A DNA stretch of 64,000 nt from Vicugna vicugna (taxonomy: Eukaryota). Both the position numbers and the translations under genes were made by a program. Shown piece after piece: positions 1 to 12,435 of the stretch. The DNA lies in NCBI GenBank assembly GCA_013265495.1, contig MU058451.1, positions 1,258,584 through 1,322,583 on the forward strand, written 5' to 3'. Each line of letters begins with the position of its first letter. Position 1 is the first letter of the stretch. Under the pieces are notes generated by a model. That model did no database searches. It was not told where the DNA came from and saw only the letters and a list, made by a program, of their open reading frames with translations.

Positions 1-205
1 TTTAACATTTTTTGTTGATTTATAATCATTTTATAATGTTGTATCAAATTCCAGTGTAGAGCACAATTTTTCAGTTATACATGAACATATATGTTCATTG
101 TCACATTTTTTTCTCCATGAGCTACCATAAGATCTTGTATATATTTCCCTGTGCTCTACAGTATAATCTTGTTTCTCTATTCTGCAATTTTGAAATCCCA
201 GTCTA
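1..205 (-). mobile_element. Young L1 3' end (same family as 13436-13594)
   Basis: reverse complement of ...acaacattgtaaaatgattataaatcaataaaaaatgttaaa seen at 13436-13594. Confidence 0.85.
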
Positions 206-229
206 TAATTAATCAAACTGCTAAAAATC

Positions 230-1840
230 AGTGATAATGATGTGAGTGGGCATGGTTTTCTTTGAGTTTATTCTTTTTGGGGATTTTCTGAGTATCTTCA
301 ATCTGTAAATTGATTTCTTTCACAAAATTTGGGGATTTTTTGGCAAATGTTTCTTCAAAATTTTTTTTCCTCTCCTCTTGAGACTCCAATGACCCAAATG
401 TTAGACTTTTTGTTATTGTCTCACAAATCCTTGAGCTCTGATCATATTTTTCAATATTTTCCCTCTTTTTTCCCCCAGATTAGATTATTTCTCTTGGCCC
501 ATCTTCAAATTTGCAGAGCCTTTCCTCTGTTATCTCTGTTTTGTTATTGAGCCTAGCCAGTGAATGTTCTTACTCCAATTATTGTATTTTTCAATTCTAA
601 AATTTTCATTTGATTCTTTTTCAGTCTTTATTTCCTCGTTGAGAATGTCCATCTTTCTACTCATGTCAAGAGTGTTCACTATTATCTCACTTTTAAAGAC
701 TGTCTAATAATTCCAATATTTGGGTCTTATTGGCACTGGCAACTGTTCATTGTCTTTTTTCTTGGGAATTTATCAGCTATTCCTGAGATTTTTGTTTGTT
801 TCTTTATTTTTGGTATGCAGTTTTGGATTGCATGTTGGGCATTTTGGATATAATCTTGTTCAAATCCCCTGGAGAATGCTGATTTGCTTGTTTGTTTTAG
901 GAGGCGCCAAGCCCAGCTGTATTCAGCTCACACATTCTGTCTTGCCTTCTCTCAGCAGTGGTTCCAGTTAGGTTTTCAAAGCCTTTGCTATGCTGTCTGC
1001 ATCTGCTCTGCATATGTGTCACTTAGTGGTTAGTCTAAGATTTGGGTGGTAGTTTTTATTATAGCTCAGCCCCTAAAACTATTGCTAGATTTCTTTGCCA
1101 CAGCAGCTCAGGGGTTAGCCAGGAACTTGGGTTGGTTGACACATAATTAGGAGATCCCTTTCTCCATCTTTCTTCTCTCTGAAATATCCCCCACTCTCTC
1201 TGGCTTTCAGAAGTCCCTTTTCCTAGGTGTCTGGCTAGAAAGCAGGGGTTCCTTTAAGATATTTATCCCCCAGCACTGGTCTCATCCTAAGTGCTAAGTA
1301 GTGAGATAAAAGAGAGACAAAAACAACAAAGATGAGACTTCCCCACACTCTTCAGACTTCAGGAGCTCCCTTCTCCCAGTTCTGGCCAGAGAGATGCATT
1401 TTCTTTTAGAGATGACCCATGCCACCACCATTACTTGGCAGTGCAATTCCATGACTGGTGCTGCCCTCAAAAAAGAACCAGAGGAGGACAGAGGGAGGGA
1501 GACAGAAGAGTCTCCCTCTTACATATCCTTTAAAGCTCACAGTGTCCACATTTCCCCATCCTCCTCTTGGAAACAGGGAGCTGTCTCCTGGAAGCCTTGC
1601 TATCCACACCTGCTACCATGTTCCAGGACATCAGTTGCCCTCAGGTCAATGTCAAAAGATAAAGGAGGGAATAGAGCCCAATAAACTCAATGGCACCTGG
1701 TCATTCTCCAGCTTTTGACGTCCTTCCCTAAGCTGCTTGCCATCATTTACTTTCAGAGTGCCCACATAATTGCTCTTTTACTCTGTCCAGAGTAGTTAAA
1801 TGGAATCAGTAGAAGATACGGGCTGTAGTGGGCTTACTCT
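230..1840 (-). mobile_element. Old L1 (L1M) 5'/ORF1-region fragments
   Basis: T-rich degenerate antisense L1-like sequence; boundaries approximate. Confidence 0.6.
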
Positions 1841-3820
1841 GTCTCACCTGGCACAAGAAGTTCCTCATCCTCTTTATGAAAGGTACCCAGCCTCTCGGAT
1901 TTTCTTCATCTCTCTCCTGTCCCCAGTTCTCTCCAAGATGATCTGGGTGACTGGGGAGATGAGTGTGTATTTGAGTATATAAATGTGTGCATGCATCTGC
2001 ACGTGTGCATGTGTGCATTCTGCATAATCTAATGTTAGCAGTAGAGTATGAGGGCCCTCATATTCTTGTCTGTGTCCTCTGGGTGTCTGCAGATAGGCTG
2101 ATGTGGTTCTATGAACCAGTGCCCATTGGGTGCTACTGGTACCTCTGGCATTTTGGGGGCAAGGTTTTGGTTCACTTCTTGGAGTCCACGGTACCAATTA
2201 TTTCCCACTGGTATCAAAGTCCTCGCCTATTTCATCTTATATCTTGTGATCATGAGCCTTTCCTGCACCCTCTCTGTGCCCCAGGAGAACCAAAAATATG
2301 AGTTAGGTTCACCCTTTTACCTGTCTGCCTCCTGACACCTCCTCTCCTTGGCCCCTGCGCCAAGAAACGTCAGAAGTGGGGCTTCTTCCAGGGGCTTACA
2401 ACCGCCCCCATGTGTCCAGGGAACCAAGTCACCTGGCCCAGTCTTCTCGGGGGATTATCTGAAGAGTGTGTTGTAAAGGAGATCTGTGCATCACAGGCTA
2501 TCTCTAACCTCAGACCTATCCCCACTCTGAGATCCCATAATTCTGGAAATGTGAGAAGGCAAGGAAGTATCCACATTCTAGGTCTTTTAATTCTGAAGTA
2601 GTAATTCTGATCTTGCTCATTGCCTTTGTTTCCCATCGGGAAAAAAACGAGAGGACAAGGGAAGGTGATCACTATTACTTTTTCAGTTCCAAGATCCTCT
2701 GAGCCTACAATCTGCTGTACGTGATGATTTTATATAGTTCAGTTTCAAGTCAATTCAGCAAATATCCACTGCTTGCCAGCTACACACTGGGCCCCACGCA
2801 AGGCACTGAGATCGTGGCTTCGCTCAGTCTCCTCAGGGTCTGAGAGGTAATGTGGCTTCAATGTGGTTTTAACACTGTGTGAAAAACCAAAACTAGCACA
2901 TTCCACAATGCATAGTTCCTATTTTGTGCTGACTGATGTCACCAAATAGTTACTTGCTGGCTTGGTGTGTAATTCTTCCTGAAGAAGGCATTCGGACAAT
3001 AAAAACTTGAAATCCACACAGCCCTCTTCATCTGCATGACTACAAGGATGCGAAGAGGTGTTAGATTAATCTAAACAGCCACTCAAAAGGCATCCTAAAA
3101 CAGTCAACCTCAAGGCACAAATGGAAAGATGTCTCTTTAAGAAGTTGTGGAGAAATGACATGGTGACAGATTCCTGCTTCCTACTGAGATGAATAAAACA
3201 TGGTACTTCTTCATTTTTTTAAAAAAACCAATAGTGATTATATGCAAAAAGGGTCCCTGAGAAGAACCCTCTCAAATGCATTTATTTTCTGTTGTAAAGT
3301 GATATGTAAAAATGGTAACTCTTGTAAAGTCACATGTTGTAAAATTTATATGTAAAATGTAAGATTACAACTAACTACCCAAAATTCAGGCAACGAAATT
3401 TTGTATTCACTCAAATTATGCTTTAAAAATAAGATTTTCTATCACTGGTTTTCTCCTCCACCCCATCTCTGAGGTTATCCCCTCTGAGCACTGTTTATTG
3501 AACGCAGTCATGGGGTGGAAAGTAAACAAACCAAGAAGATGCAGGTGTGTGATGTGATGAAATCTGATAGAGCCCACAGTCCCGGAGGAAAATAAACAGC
3601 AGCCATTGATTTAAATGAACTTAAGTGTTGTCTGTAACCCTAAGGTCGCTATCCTTCCTTTCCCCCTTCCTTTATCTTCTACACATATGCATTTAAGTGA
3701 CACATAAACATTTGGACTTACAGGTGAGTTGGGAGCAATTCCTCAGAAACATAATAGAACTCACTCATCATAGAAAATTCAAAATTAATAACACCAAGGG
3801 TGATAGCTCATTAATCAGTA

Positions 3821-3928
3821 TCAACAAGCAAATTTGTCCAAATCTGCCACCCATGATGGAAGGCCGACCCATTGGATCGGTCTTGCAGTATCACTCATTT
3901 TTAGAAGGTACCTTTGAGAAAGCATTGC
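3821..3928 (-). CDS. Candidate downstream exon (phase 0: AMLSQRYLLKMSDTARPIQWVGLPSWVADLDKFAC*; phase 1: GNAFSKVPSKNE*)
   Basis: good acceptor ttgtttcattgttttcgaag|; minus-strand AATAAA at 3494-3499; which frame is used is ambiguous. Confidence 0.4.
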   Translation of the reverse strand, partial: AMLSQRYLLKMSDTARPIQWVGLPSWVADLDKFAC

Positions 3929-4025
3929 CTTCGAAAACAATGAAACAAGCCAGATCATTGTGTATACAATGACTCTAAGAGAATCACAGAAAATACACAT
4001 TTCTTTCAGTTGAACCCAAACTTGC

Positions 4026-4054
4026 CTCGATTTACAGTAATTCTCTTCCTTGTC
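4026..4054 (-). CDS. Candidate 29-nt exon with GC donor (G-QGRELL*-IE); in-frame TAA at 4032-4034
   Basis: gagtag| ... gag|gcaagt (AG/GCAAGT is the GC-AG donor consensus); phase 1->0; weak acceptor. Confidence 0.35.
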
Positions 4055-4176
4055 CTACTCTTTTAACACAATAGTTGATTTGAAATTTCTCAAAGTCATT
4101 TTTGCTTGGTTGGCTGTGACAACTTTCATTTCAGTCAACAATATTTGGCCATAGTGTTCAGAAAAAAATGGATTAC

Positions 4177-4298
4177 CTTTATATTGTAAAAACCGTCTTC
4201 CAATTTCAGAGAATGGCAGGTAGTAGCCCCTGACGGTGCCACTTTTAATCTCTATTAACATATCTATTACATCTTCCAGGTCAGTATCCCATGGAACA
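4177..4298 (-). CDS. Exon (122 nt; VPWDTDLEDVIDMLIEIKSGTVRGYYLPFSEIGRRFLQYK) resembling the Mab-21 C-terminal W..DL...YFxP motif
   Basis: ttaccttcctgtag| ... aaag|gtaatc; only one frame open; phase 2->1; lies within ORF 4055..4315. Confidence 0.75.
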
Positions 4299-4614
4299 CT
4301 ACAGGAAGGTAACAAGTATTTCAGAGTTTTCTCTAGGATACCTGTGCACCTTTAAGATGCTGAGAGGAACAGAGGAGTCTAGGGTGTGAGATTTCTTATC
4401 CTTATTTAACCACAGTTTTTCTTTGTTGTCACCTACGGATGCCTCTAGAAACAAGTTTTTTAGTGATACTTAGGAAAGTGAACAAAGATACAGGAAAAAC
4501 TAACACAAGACCCCAAACTAGCATAATATAAATATTTCTTGGTCTTTCTCCTCCTTTAAGGCTCATCTCAGCATAGTGTCACATTCTTAAGAAATAAGTC
4601 TAGTCCTCAAATAC

Positions 4615-4637
4615 CGTTCAAAGTAATGCATTTTCTT
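4615..4637 (-). CDS. Micro-exon (23 nt; KKMHYFE-R)
   Basis: pyrimidine-rich upstream sequence, aacttcag| ... acg|gtattt; phase 0->2 is exactly what is needed to join the flanking exons. Confidence 0.6.
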
Positions 4638-5338
4638 CTGAAGTTATTTAGGGACACTGAGGAGAGGATTGCAAGGCACGAAACACAGCAAAACTTCCTT
4701 AAAATCCAATTTATATTCCCTTCCCCAGTTGCTATGCCTCATGGCATCACCACAAATCTCTCTCTAACCTGTCCTTTGTCCCCACCCCTCATCCTCCCTC
4801 TCAGTTATTTTCCCCTTCTAAGCATTTGCAAGCTCAGTAATGCTGTGCAAACCACCTCATTTGCATCCTCCTCTATTTCATCCTTCAGCCAAGCAAAGGG
4901 AAATTTCTTTGGACTCATCCTATTTTAAAGACCAGAGAGAGAACTGCAAATATTAACCCAATAAGAGGATTCTTTAGGCAAGAGTAGGGGATTAACTGGG
5001 TCCTTTTATTTATTTATTTTTTTTCTTGTTCTAACCTCACCTAGGAAAAAAGGAAAAATGGAAGTATGTAGTTTCTTTTACCAGTTACTCCTACTCCCTT
5101 CTCTCCAGGAAGAAGTAGCCAGACTTTCACGTCAAAGGGATGTTTTTCAGGGCCAAGTGGAAGTAGAGTTTCTTGGAAGATAATATCTTCTCTTTGAGGG
5201 CTGGGCCAGTTTGTGGCTAGGAAACAATCAGTGTTTTCAGTCTAAATAGGGTGGGCGGGAAGGGGCCAGGGCTGGGGGGTGGTTTGGGGCACTCAGAGGA
5301 AGCCTGCCTGAGAAGCCTGAATACTGCTGACATCAGCT

Positions 5339-5586
5339 AGGGCCATCAGTAGCCCATACAATGCTGTCTTTAAAAAAATGAGGAAGGGACACTCTCTCCT
5401 TAAGACATTGTCTCTATCTGTCAAAAAATCTGGGTACTAGAAATTTTGTTAGAACAAGAGACTTCACCGCCATCTGATGAAAAATTTGTTGCAATAAATA
5501 TGTGTATCTATGATGTCAACGGTGCATATGGTGCCCCCTTGGCTCGTGCAGTACCCAACCTGCACAACTGTCGATGACGGCCCCTG
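5339..5586. mobile_element. hAT-Tip100-type MITE (MER91-like)
   Basis: terminal inverted ends agggcc.../...ggcccctg and internal gtgcagt...cctgcacaac. Confidence 0.55.
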
Positions 5587-6014
5587 TTCTAGCCTTGGAA
5601 GCTGTGGCGAGGCTCTCTGTGCTGTGTATCAGGGGATAGTATCTTGACGGCAAAATTGGAAGCCTACCTTGTGTCTGAGAGGACACTGTTTAGCAGAAGA
5701 AGCAATGTTCAAAATGGGGGCTACTGAGAACGAAGGAAAAGGCCCTCACCTGGAGACCAGGTTTTCAAGAGAAAGCCCCAGGATCCAATCCAAAAAACAG
5801 TGTGGAGGAGCCCTGGGAGGGATTTCCTCTGATGGTAAGACAGAGGTTCCACTAAGAAAAGGAACAGGAGTGGCTGTTCTTTGCTTCTCCTCTGAGAAGA
5901 GGGGAGGCGCCGTCTGCCCCCTGACTCTGTGCAGGGTCAGCAGCCTGTACCCCCAGGACCTACAACGCCACTGGCTGCCACTGTTCTGCCACCTGGGTGC
6001 CGGCATGCCTGCTG

Positions 6015-6250
6015 GAGTGTAGAGTCAAGAGAGCGGCTTTCAGAACCAGACCTCCCAGGTTCAGGGGCTGGCTCCACTACTCACCACAAAGAGCTTGACT
6101 CTCTCTGCCCCAGTTTCCTCATCTGTAAAATGAGGATAATAAGAGAATCTACCTTATAGAGTTGGCGTGAAGATTCAATGAGGTTTTCAGGGAGTGTGTA
6201 CAATATACAGAACATGGCATGGCGCATGGTGGTGCCGGATCTTGCTACTG
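6015..6250 (+). mobile_element. MIR SINE
   Basis: core cagtttcctcatctgtaaaatgaggataataa. Confidence 0.85.
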
Positions 6251-6802
6251 TTATCCCCGGCCAGCTTAATCCCAAGCAGTTCCATTCACCGGAAGACTGA
6301 AACTCCCAGAAAATGTAAGGAGTAAAGTCAGGGGTGTGAGTGGGTGAGACGGGGGAAAGGGAGACTGAGGGGTTTACTGCCTCCCAAGAGCACAGAAGGC
6401 AGAGGCAGACAGAGAAAGACGGCACTGCATGTGCTATGGGTGGAAATATTGCAGATATTTGGTTCAGTGCTTTAGAAACTGGGAGAAAGGAAGAAATGAT
6501 CCCACTGAGCAGAGCATACCTATCCTTGGTAAACACCCATGGGCCAATAAGCCTGGTCTGGAAGCTGGACACGTTACCCTACCCCTTGCTATAAAACTGG
6601 AAGGGTGTTTGCCCATGAACAATGGGCAAAACCAAGGAAAAGTCAGAATCCAGTCCTTTAGCAAAGGCGAGAGCTCATTGTAGAATCAGCAAAGAGTTGG
6701 AACAGCAATGGCTTATCAAAGAGTGCGTTAAGCGGCAGGCACTACAGCAAGCCCTTCCATGGGTTAGCTCCCTAAATTCTGGGATCAACTTTTAATACTT
6801 AC

Positions 6803-6971
6803 ATTGTCCAAAGTCACATGGTTGCACATAAGTAGAGAAGCTAGTTTAAGATTTACTAGCAAAAAGTTAAAAAAGGCATATTCTTTTCCTATTTCCATAT
6901 TCGTCAGATCTTCATACTTCTTTACCCATTTCTTATGAATGAGGCTTAAAGTTTTCATTACTATTACAGCT
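6803..6971 (-). CDS. Exon (169 nt; AVIVMKTLSLIHKKWVKKYEDLTNMEIGKEYAFFNFLLVNLKLASLLMCNHVTLDN)
   Basis: ttttgtaag| ... aat|gtaagt (consensus donor); phase 2->0; lies within ORF 6785..6985; NLKLASLLMC resembles the Mab-21 SYHxKT...C helix. Confidence 0.75.
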
Positions 6972-7815
6972 CTTACAAAATGCAACTTTTTTTCTTAGTT
7001 TTTTTTTTTTTAAATCTAACCAAGCTATATCTGCTGAAAATTTTCCCAATTCCTGTCTTATTTTTGCTTTGGCCAGATTTTTCCCTACTTTGATTTCTTA
7101 TGAAGCTTGAAGTACAATTTCTTGGGCTACAAGCCAAAGAAAATATGTGCAACCTCTTTCTTTTCCTTCTTTAAACATCTCTGGAAACTGGTGAAGTTTA
7201 GTTTAAAAATTTCCTTTCCTAATTATGTTCAAATTTTTGTATTTTTGCTATTTTTCCTGTATAACCTCATTAGCAAAGAGGAATTGAAAACTGATACAGT
7301 CTAAATCAAAGTTTTTTTCTTATATAATTGAGTTATCCTCACATAATCAGGGATTAAAAATGAAGCAAAATTCATTATGCAGATACCTTTATGGTATGTT
7401 GTTTTATTAATAAATCTTTCCATTCAGTGGGACTTTTTTTAATCCCAAAGGATTAATTTCCTCTAAACATATTTAAAAACTAATTTTTCATCTTCTACCC
7501 AATTGTTCCCATACAGAAGCTCCTACTCAAATATCAGTTTTATCACAGTAGAGTCAGCATTGTTTGGTTCCCTAAACTTCGGATCCTATTTTTTTCCTTC
7601 TCTTGCTATATTCAGTCACTATAAAATCTTGCCATTTCTACGTGCATATCTCTTGCTTTTATATTTCATGCCTATCACTGTTGCCCAAGCTTCCATCATT
7701 GCCAGATCCTCCACCTCTACTACATCAATGTCTTAGCTGGTTCTCCTTTTACTCTCTTGATCTGTCTCAATAGACTGTCCATTTAGCTATAGGCTCAGTC
7801 ACCATCAAACATTTC

Positions 7816-8450
7816 ATGGCCATCATCAAAAAGTCTACAAATAGTAATTGCTGGAGAAGGTGTGGATTAAAAATCTACACTGTTGGTGTAGTTTGGTGCA
7901 GCCACTATGGAAAACAGTATGGAGCTTCCTTAAAAAACTAAAAATAGAGTTACCATATGATCCAGCAATCCCACTCCTGGGCATATATCTAGAGAAAACT
8001 CTAATTCGAAAAGATTCATGCACCCCAATGTTCAAAGCAGCACTATTTACAATAGCCAAGATATGGAAGCAACCTAAATGTCCGTCAACAGATGACTCGA
8101 TAAAGAAGATGTGGAATATATATATATATATGAATACTACTCAGCCATAAAAGAGAATGAAATAATGTCATTTGCAGCAACATGGATGAACCCACAGATT
8201 ATCATACTAAGTGAAGTCAGTCATACAGAGAAAGACAAATATCATGATATCACTTATATGTGGAATCTAGGAAAATGATATACATGAACTTATTTACAAA
8301 ACAGAAATAAACTCACAGACATAGAAAACAAACTTAGGGTTACCAAAGAGGAAAGGAAGGAGAAGGATAAATTAGGAGTTTGGGATGAACAGATGCACAT
8401 ATCATATATAAAACAGATAAACATCAAGGTCCTATCATACAGCACAGGAG
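7816..8450 (+). mobile_element. L1 ORF2 C-terminus and 3'UTR fragment, intronic and antisense to the gene
   Basis: peptide ...[30 protein letters not shown]... (ORF 7848..8150). Confidence 0.95.
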
Positions 8451-9394
8451 GGAAGGGGGCCCTGGCCCAGATATGCAAAAGTGTGAAGTGCAGACTTGGG
8501 GGTCTGCTTTCTGGTTTTGAGGCAAAATAACCCACTTGGATTTATAGGGATCTCACAATCAAGTTCCACTCCAATACTGCCCCCTCCAGGGGTGCAGTGA
8601 AAACCTCGCCTTACCTGGAAAACTGAGAAGCAGGTAGTAAGGGGGGCCTGTCAACAGAACACATGTGCTAGTCTCAAGACTCAATTAACTGCTCACAGGC
8701 TGCTAGCAGGATGCAACAGGCCACAACACGCAGCACAAACTCTGCTAAACAGTCCTGCTTTCTGAATAGTTAGGAAACATGAACAGTGAACAGCAGCCTA
8801 AATACCTGTGGGCAGATGATTACATTACACGAAGCAAACAATCCCCGATCACCATCATTATTAATGGATAGAAAGGTTTTTAGTGTTTATTATTCACAAT
8901 TGACATCGTTAGTACATAAAGAAAAATGTGCCGACTAGGAACTCTTTAAAACAAATTCACTCTGTTTTAATAGCTGCAACTCCTGAAGGGTTGCCAAAGA
9001 GCTTGGTTTCAGTTATAAAATTATTTATAAAGCATTAAATAAGTTTGCTTAATAAGTCAAATATTATAATAATGGAGATTAAATGAACTTCTACACTGAA
9101 TGCACATTGCATATGTTAATAAATACACCCTAAAATAATATAAATTATTCTTCGCTAGGATTTGGGATGCCAAAGTCAAGCTATCTGTATACTCTCTGAA
9201 GTACTCCTCAGCCCAAGCATGTTAAATAAAGCTTGAAATTTAAACTTTTGTTTTCCTACTAGAGAAATACGTAAAGCTGCTTTAAGTCAGGTAATGAGGA
9301 AGGCATGCTTATGTGGCAAACGTTGTTGCTTTCATCAGTAATATTGAGACATTATTTAAAAATAATACTCTGAGAGCAATGGTTCTGAGTTTAC

Positions 9395-9486
9395 CTGGTG
9401 GATTGAAACTCAATTCTGAAAATGACCTTTGGGAGATGGTGTGAAGGTAGCACTTTGCGGAAATTTGCAAGCATGATAGGTACTTC
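9395..9486 (-). CDS. Exon (92 nt; EVPIMLANFRKVLPSHHLPKVIFRIEFQST-R)
   Basis: ttcag| ... ccag|gtaaac; phase 0->2 matches both neighbours; FRIEF resembles the WRLSF motif. Confidence 0.7.
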
Positions 9487-9849
9487 CTGAACCCCAGGCC
9501 ACAGAGGTGGCCAGTGTTAGGTGCTGGCTTCAAGAGAGGATGAGAGACTGGAGAAGCCCTGGGTCCACTTGGAAGAGGCCAGGACCTGAGGAAAGGGTGG
9601 CTCCTCAGTGGATCAGCTGAAGTGTGGTATCAGAGATAAGCCCTCAAAAAGGCTGGTCTGACCTATGTATAACTTTTTGGCTGGGTTTTTTTTTTTTTCA
9701 TTTTAAGTGTGATTTCTATTTAGTTTTTAAATTGGTAATTTATTCTGTGATTTGAAAGGACAAAAGGACTGATAGTAGCCTCCCAATGTACATTCTTGCT
9801 TTCTTCCTTACTTCAGCCTTAAAGTACATTTCCTAGAAGCCCCTTGGGA

Positions 9850-10205
9850 AACGAGGTGTGGCCACATCCTTAAGGTGTAGTCAGTGACCTGCAGTGAGAG
9901 TGCTGGGTAAAACTTCTGGGAGGCCTCCTGAAAATGGAGGGGCTTCTCCTTCCTTCCTCCGCCCTGCTTCCTGGAAGGGGGTCTGATGGTGGCGCCATGA
10001 GGACACAGGTCACAACCTGAGAGGGTGGAGGGCAGAGGCTGGAAAAGTCTAGGGGGTCTAACTTTATGGAGCTGTAGCAACAGCCCTAGAGTGCCTACCT
10101 CTGGACTTTATTCACATGGGAGAGAAATTCGTTTCTCTGTCTTGCTTAAGCCTTGGTTATTTTTCTTTTTTGTTTAAATGCAGCCAAACCAAATTTGAGT
10201 AATGA
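9850..10205. mobile_element. MaLR LTR (MLT1-like)
   Basis: gtgtggccaca ... ctgcctacctctggacttt ... cttgcttaagcc ... gcagccaaac pattern. Confidence 0.65.
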
Positions 10206-11349
10206 AAAGCCTCCCTTTTGCCAGGCTTCAAACAATGTATTTCTCTCTCTTCTGAAGATATTTTAGCTGGTAGCATATACAGGTGTGTGCATGTGCACAT
10301 CTGTAAGAATGTGTATGTATCCTGGGAAATAATTCTTATCAATACCTCTTCATTCTCTTTTGGGGTTGGAGATTTCAAGTAGATTGAAGTAATGTAAAGT
10401 ATTGATGAACATTTAGGTCATTTCCAATCTTTGACCATTACAAATAATTCTGTAATAGATAACTTTGTACCTCTTCTGTTTAGATCCTGAGAGTTTATCT
10501 GTAGGATAAATTCCTGGAAGTCAGAGCACTAGGTCAAAGAGGATGTGCATTTGCAATTTCGACAGCTGCCCTTAGTAGATTTCATACTGATTCATCTTTT
10601 TAGTAGCAACGTGTGACAGTGCCCTCTCCCCCACATCCTTGCTGACATGGTGTTATCAAAGAAGGCTGGATACACTTTCTTTCTGGAGCTGCTCAGGGAA
10701 GAAGGAAGGGAAGACTGAGGGAAAGTTGGGAGAGAGGGAGGAAGGAAGGTTTAGGCTGAGATGCAAGTATAAGCTTTACCTCCATGACTGTCCGTGTTGC
10801 ATGGAAGCATGCGCCATTGAGGGCACATGAATTGGAAGAGACAGCCTTTTAGTTATCTAAATTTAGTTCTGTTATGGAGGAGTTGTAAAGCTGAGCGTAT
10901 AGGACTTAATCAGACAGCTTAAAAGCCATGGAGTGAATTGTGGTACATGTGAAGCATCTACCAGAGATTAATCTGTGGCGTGATTGACATGTTCTTGTTA
11001 TCTCATCTTACGAGGTGTGGTACTTGCACTGATGTCGTGGTTTGGAACTGAAGAGCTCAGTCTCTTCAGGAGTCTCTGCAGGAGGCTCGGAGGGCACCAG
11101 GCGGGAGGCTGTATGCCAGGGGTTCTGGGAGAGCCAGTGTGGCACTGAACAAGAGCTCACCCACTTCCTTGTAAGACAGGAACCAAATCTAGCTCTGGGC
11201 CAAATCTTGCAGCTGAGGCACCACCCAGGAGCCTGTCCACCCTTCTTTCCCCGCTTTCACTGCAAGCTCACCCCCTGGGCTCAGCATGTTTGTGTTCCCG
11301 GAGGGGGCTGTAAAAGATGTCACAGCACAAGTGAGGCAAGCAGGCTCAC

Positions 11350-11560
11350 TTGAAAAGCACTAGCACCTATTATGGGCCAGGAATGGTTCTAAACACTTGT
11401 TACATATTAACACACTGACCTGCATCACCAACCTGCAAGTAACACAACTACTTACCATCATCTACATTTTATTAGGAATTGAAGCACAAAATGGTGAAGT
11501 CAAGATCATGCAGCTAGTGAGGGCTAGAGCTAGGATTCGCCTCTAAACTGAGTCTGCGGG
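11350..11560 (-). mobile_element. MIR SINE
   Basis: degenerate antisense MIR (aggaattgaagcacaa ... gagctaggattc). Confidence 0.6.
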
Positions 11561-12435
11561 CTTCACCCCACACGATCACTGATCACTGCGTGCCTTTTTC
11601 TGGGTGGCCAGTGGGGCAGTGCTAGGATCAGATTCACTGCTGGTTTCTTAATAGTCTCTGTGTACCTGGCGTCTCTCACAGTATCTGGTAACCCCTGCTT
11701 TTCTCCCAAAAGCACATGGCCTGAGGGGACAATTAAATAGCTGCTTCCATTGTGCTCTGAGGAGGAAGATCCAAGAGAATCAACACGAGATGCTGCTCAA
11801 GGCAGAGGAAAGAGAAAAAAACAAGCGAACCCAAGAGGGAAGAGTCAGCACAAGAATGAAAAAGACAAAACTGTAGAAAAGGGAGCAGCAACGTGGACCT
11901 GAATGTAATTGCATTTTTGATCCTGGAAATAACAGCAATGGATGGGCGTGCGAAACTGTGAAATGCACTCAAATCCTTATCTCACTCACAACACTCAGAC
12001 GTCAACAGGAGGACCAGTCAGGTACCAAACTAACAGCTTAAAAGCTCTGCGACCTTTGTGCTTATCCCTGTCACTGTTCCTGAGTTTGTTCCCCTTTGGG
12101 AACCTAAAGTTTTAGCTGAGTCATGTACAGAGCCCAGGGGCTGCCTGGCCTGAGCCAGGGGCTTTTGAACCCCACCCATCTATCCACCCCCCTCCTCAGC
12201 CACACAAAAGAAACAGACAATTTAAGGAAAAGTAATGTGCTTCCAGGAAAATTTCTCTAGTCCTCCCTTCCAACCCAAAATTGTGGCTCCTAGACTGCTT
12301 ATTTATAAATATTCTGAGATGAATTGGTGTCTCGTTGCTCTATGCTGGCCACAAAGACTATTCTAGCGGCTCCCAATCTACGGTCTTCAACATGAGGGAT
12401 GCTATCAGAATACTGCGACACAATATACATCTTAC

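Noticed and set aside
2035..2274. Protein-like minus frame RVQERLMITRYKMK*ARTLIPVGNNWYRG...
   Set aside because: Contains a stop, would need an intron of only about 46 nt, and has no recognisable homology
4615..4656. 42-nt version of the micro-exon (upstream acceptor ctcctcag)
   Set aside because: Only phase 1->1 is open, incompatible with both neighbours; the 23-nt form fits
6081..6572. 163-aa minus-strand ORF within the gene's intron
   Set aside because: Its 3' part is an antisense MIR; no fitting splice sites or domain
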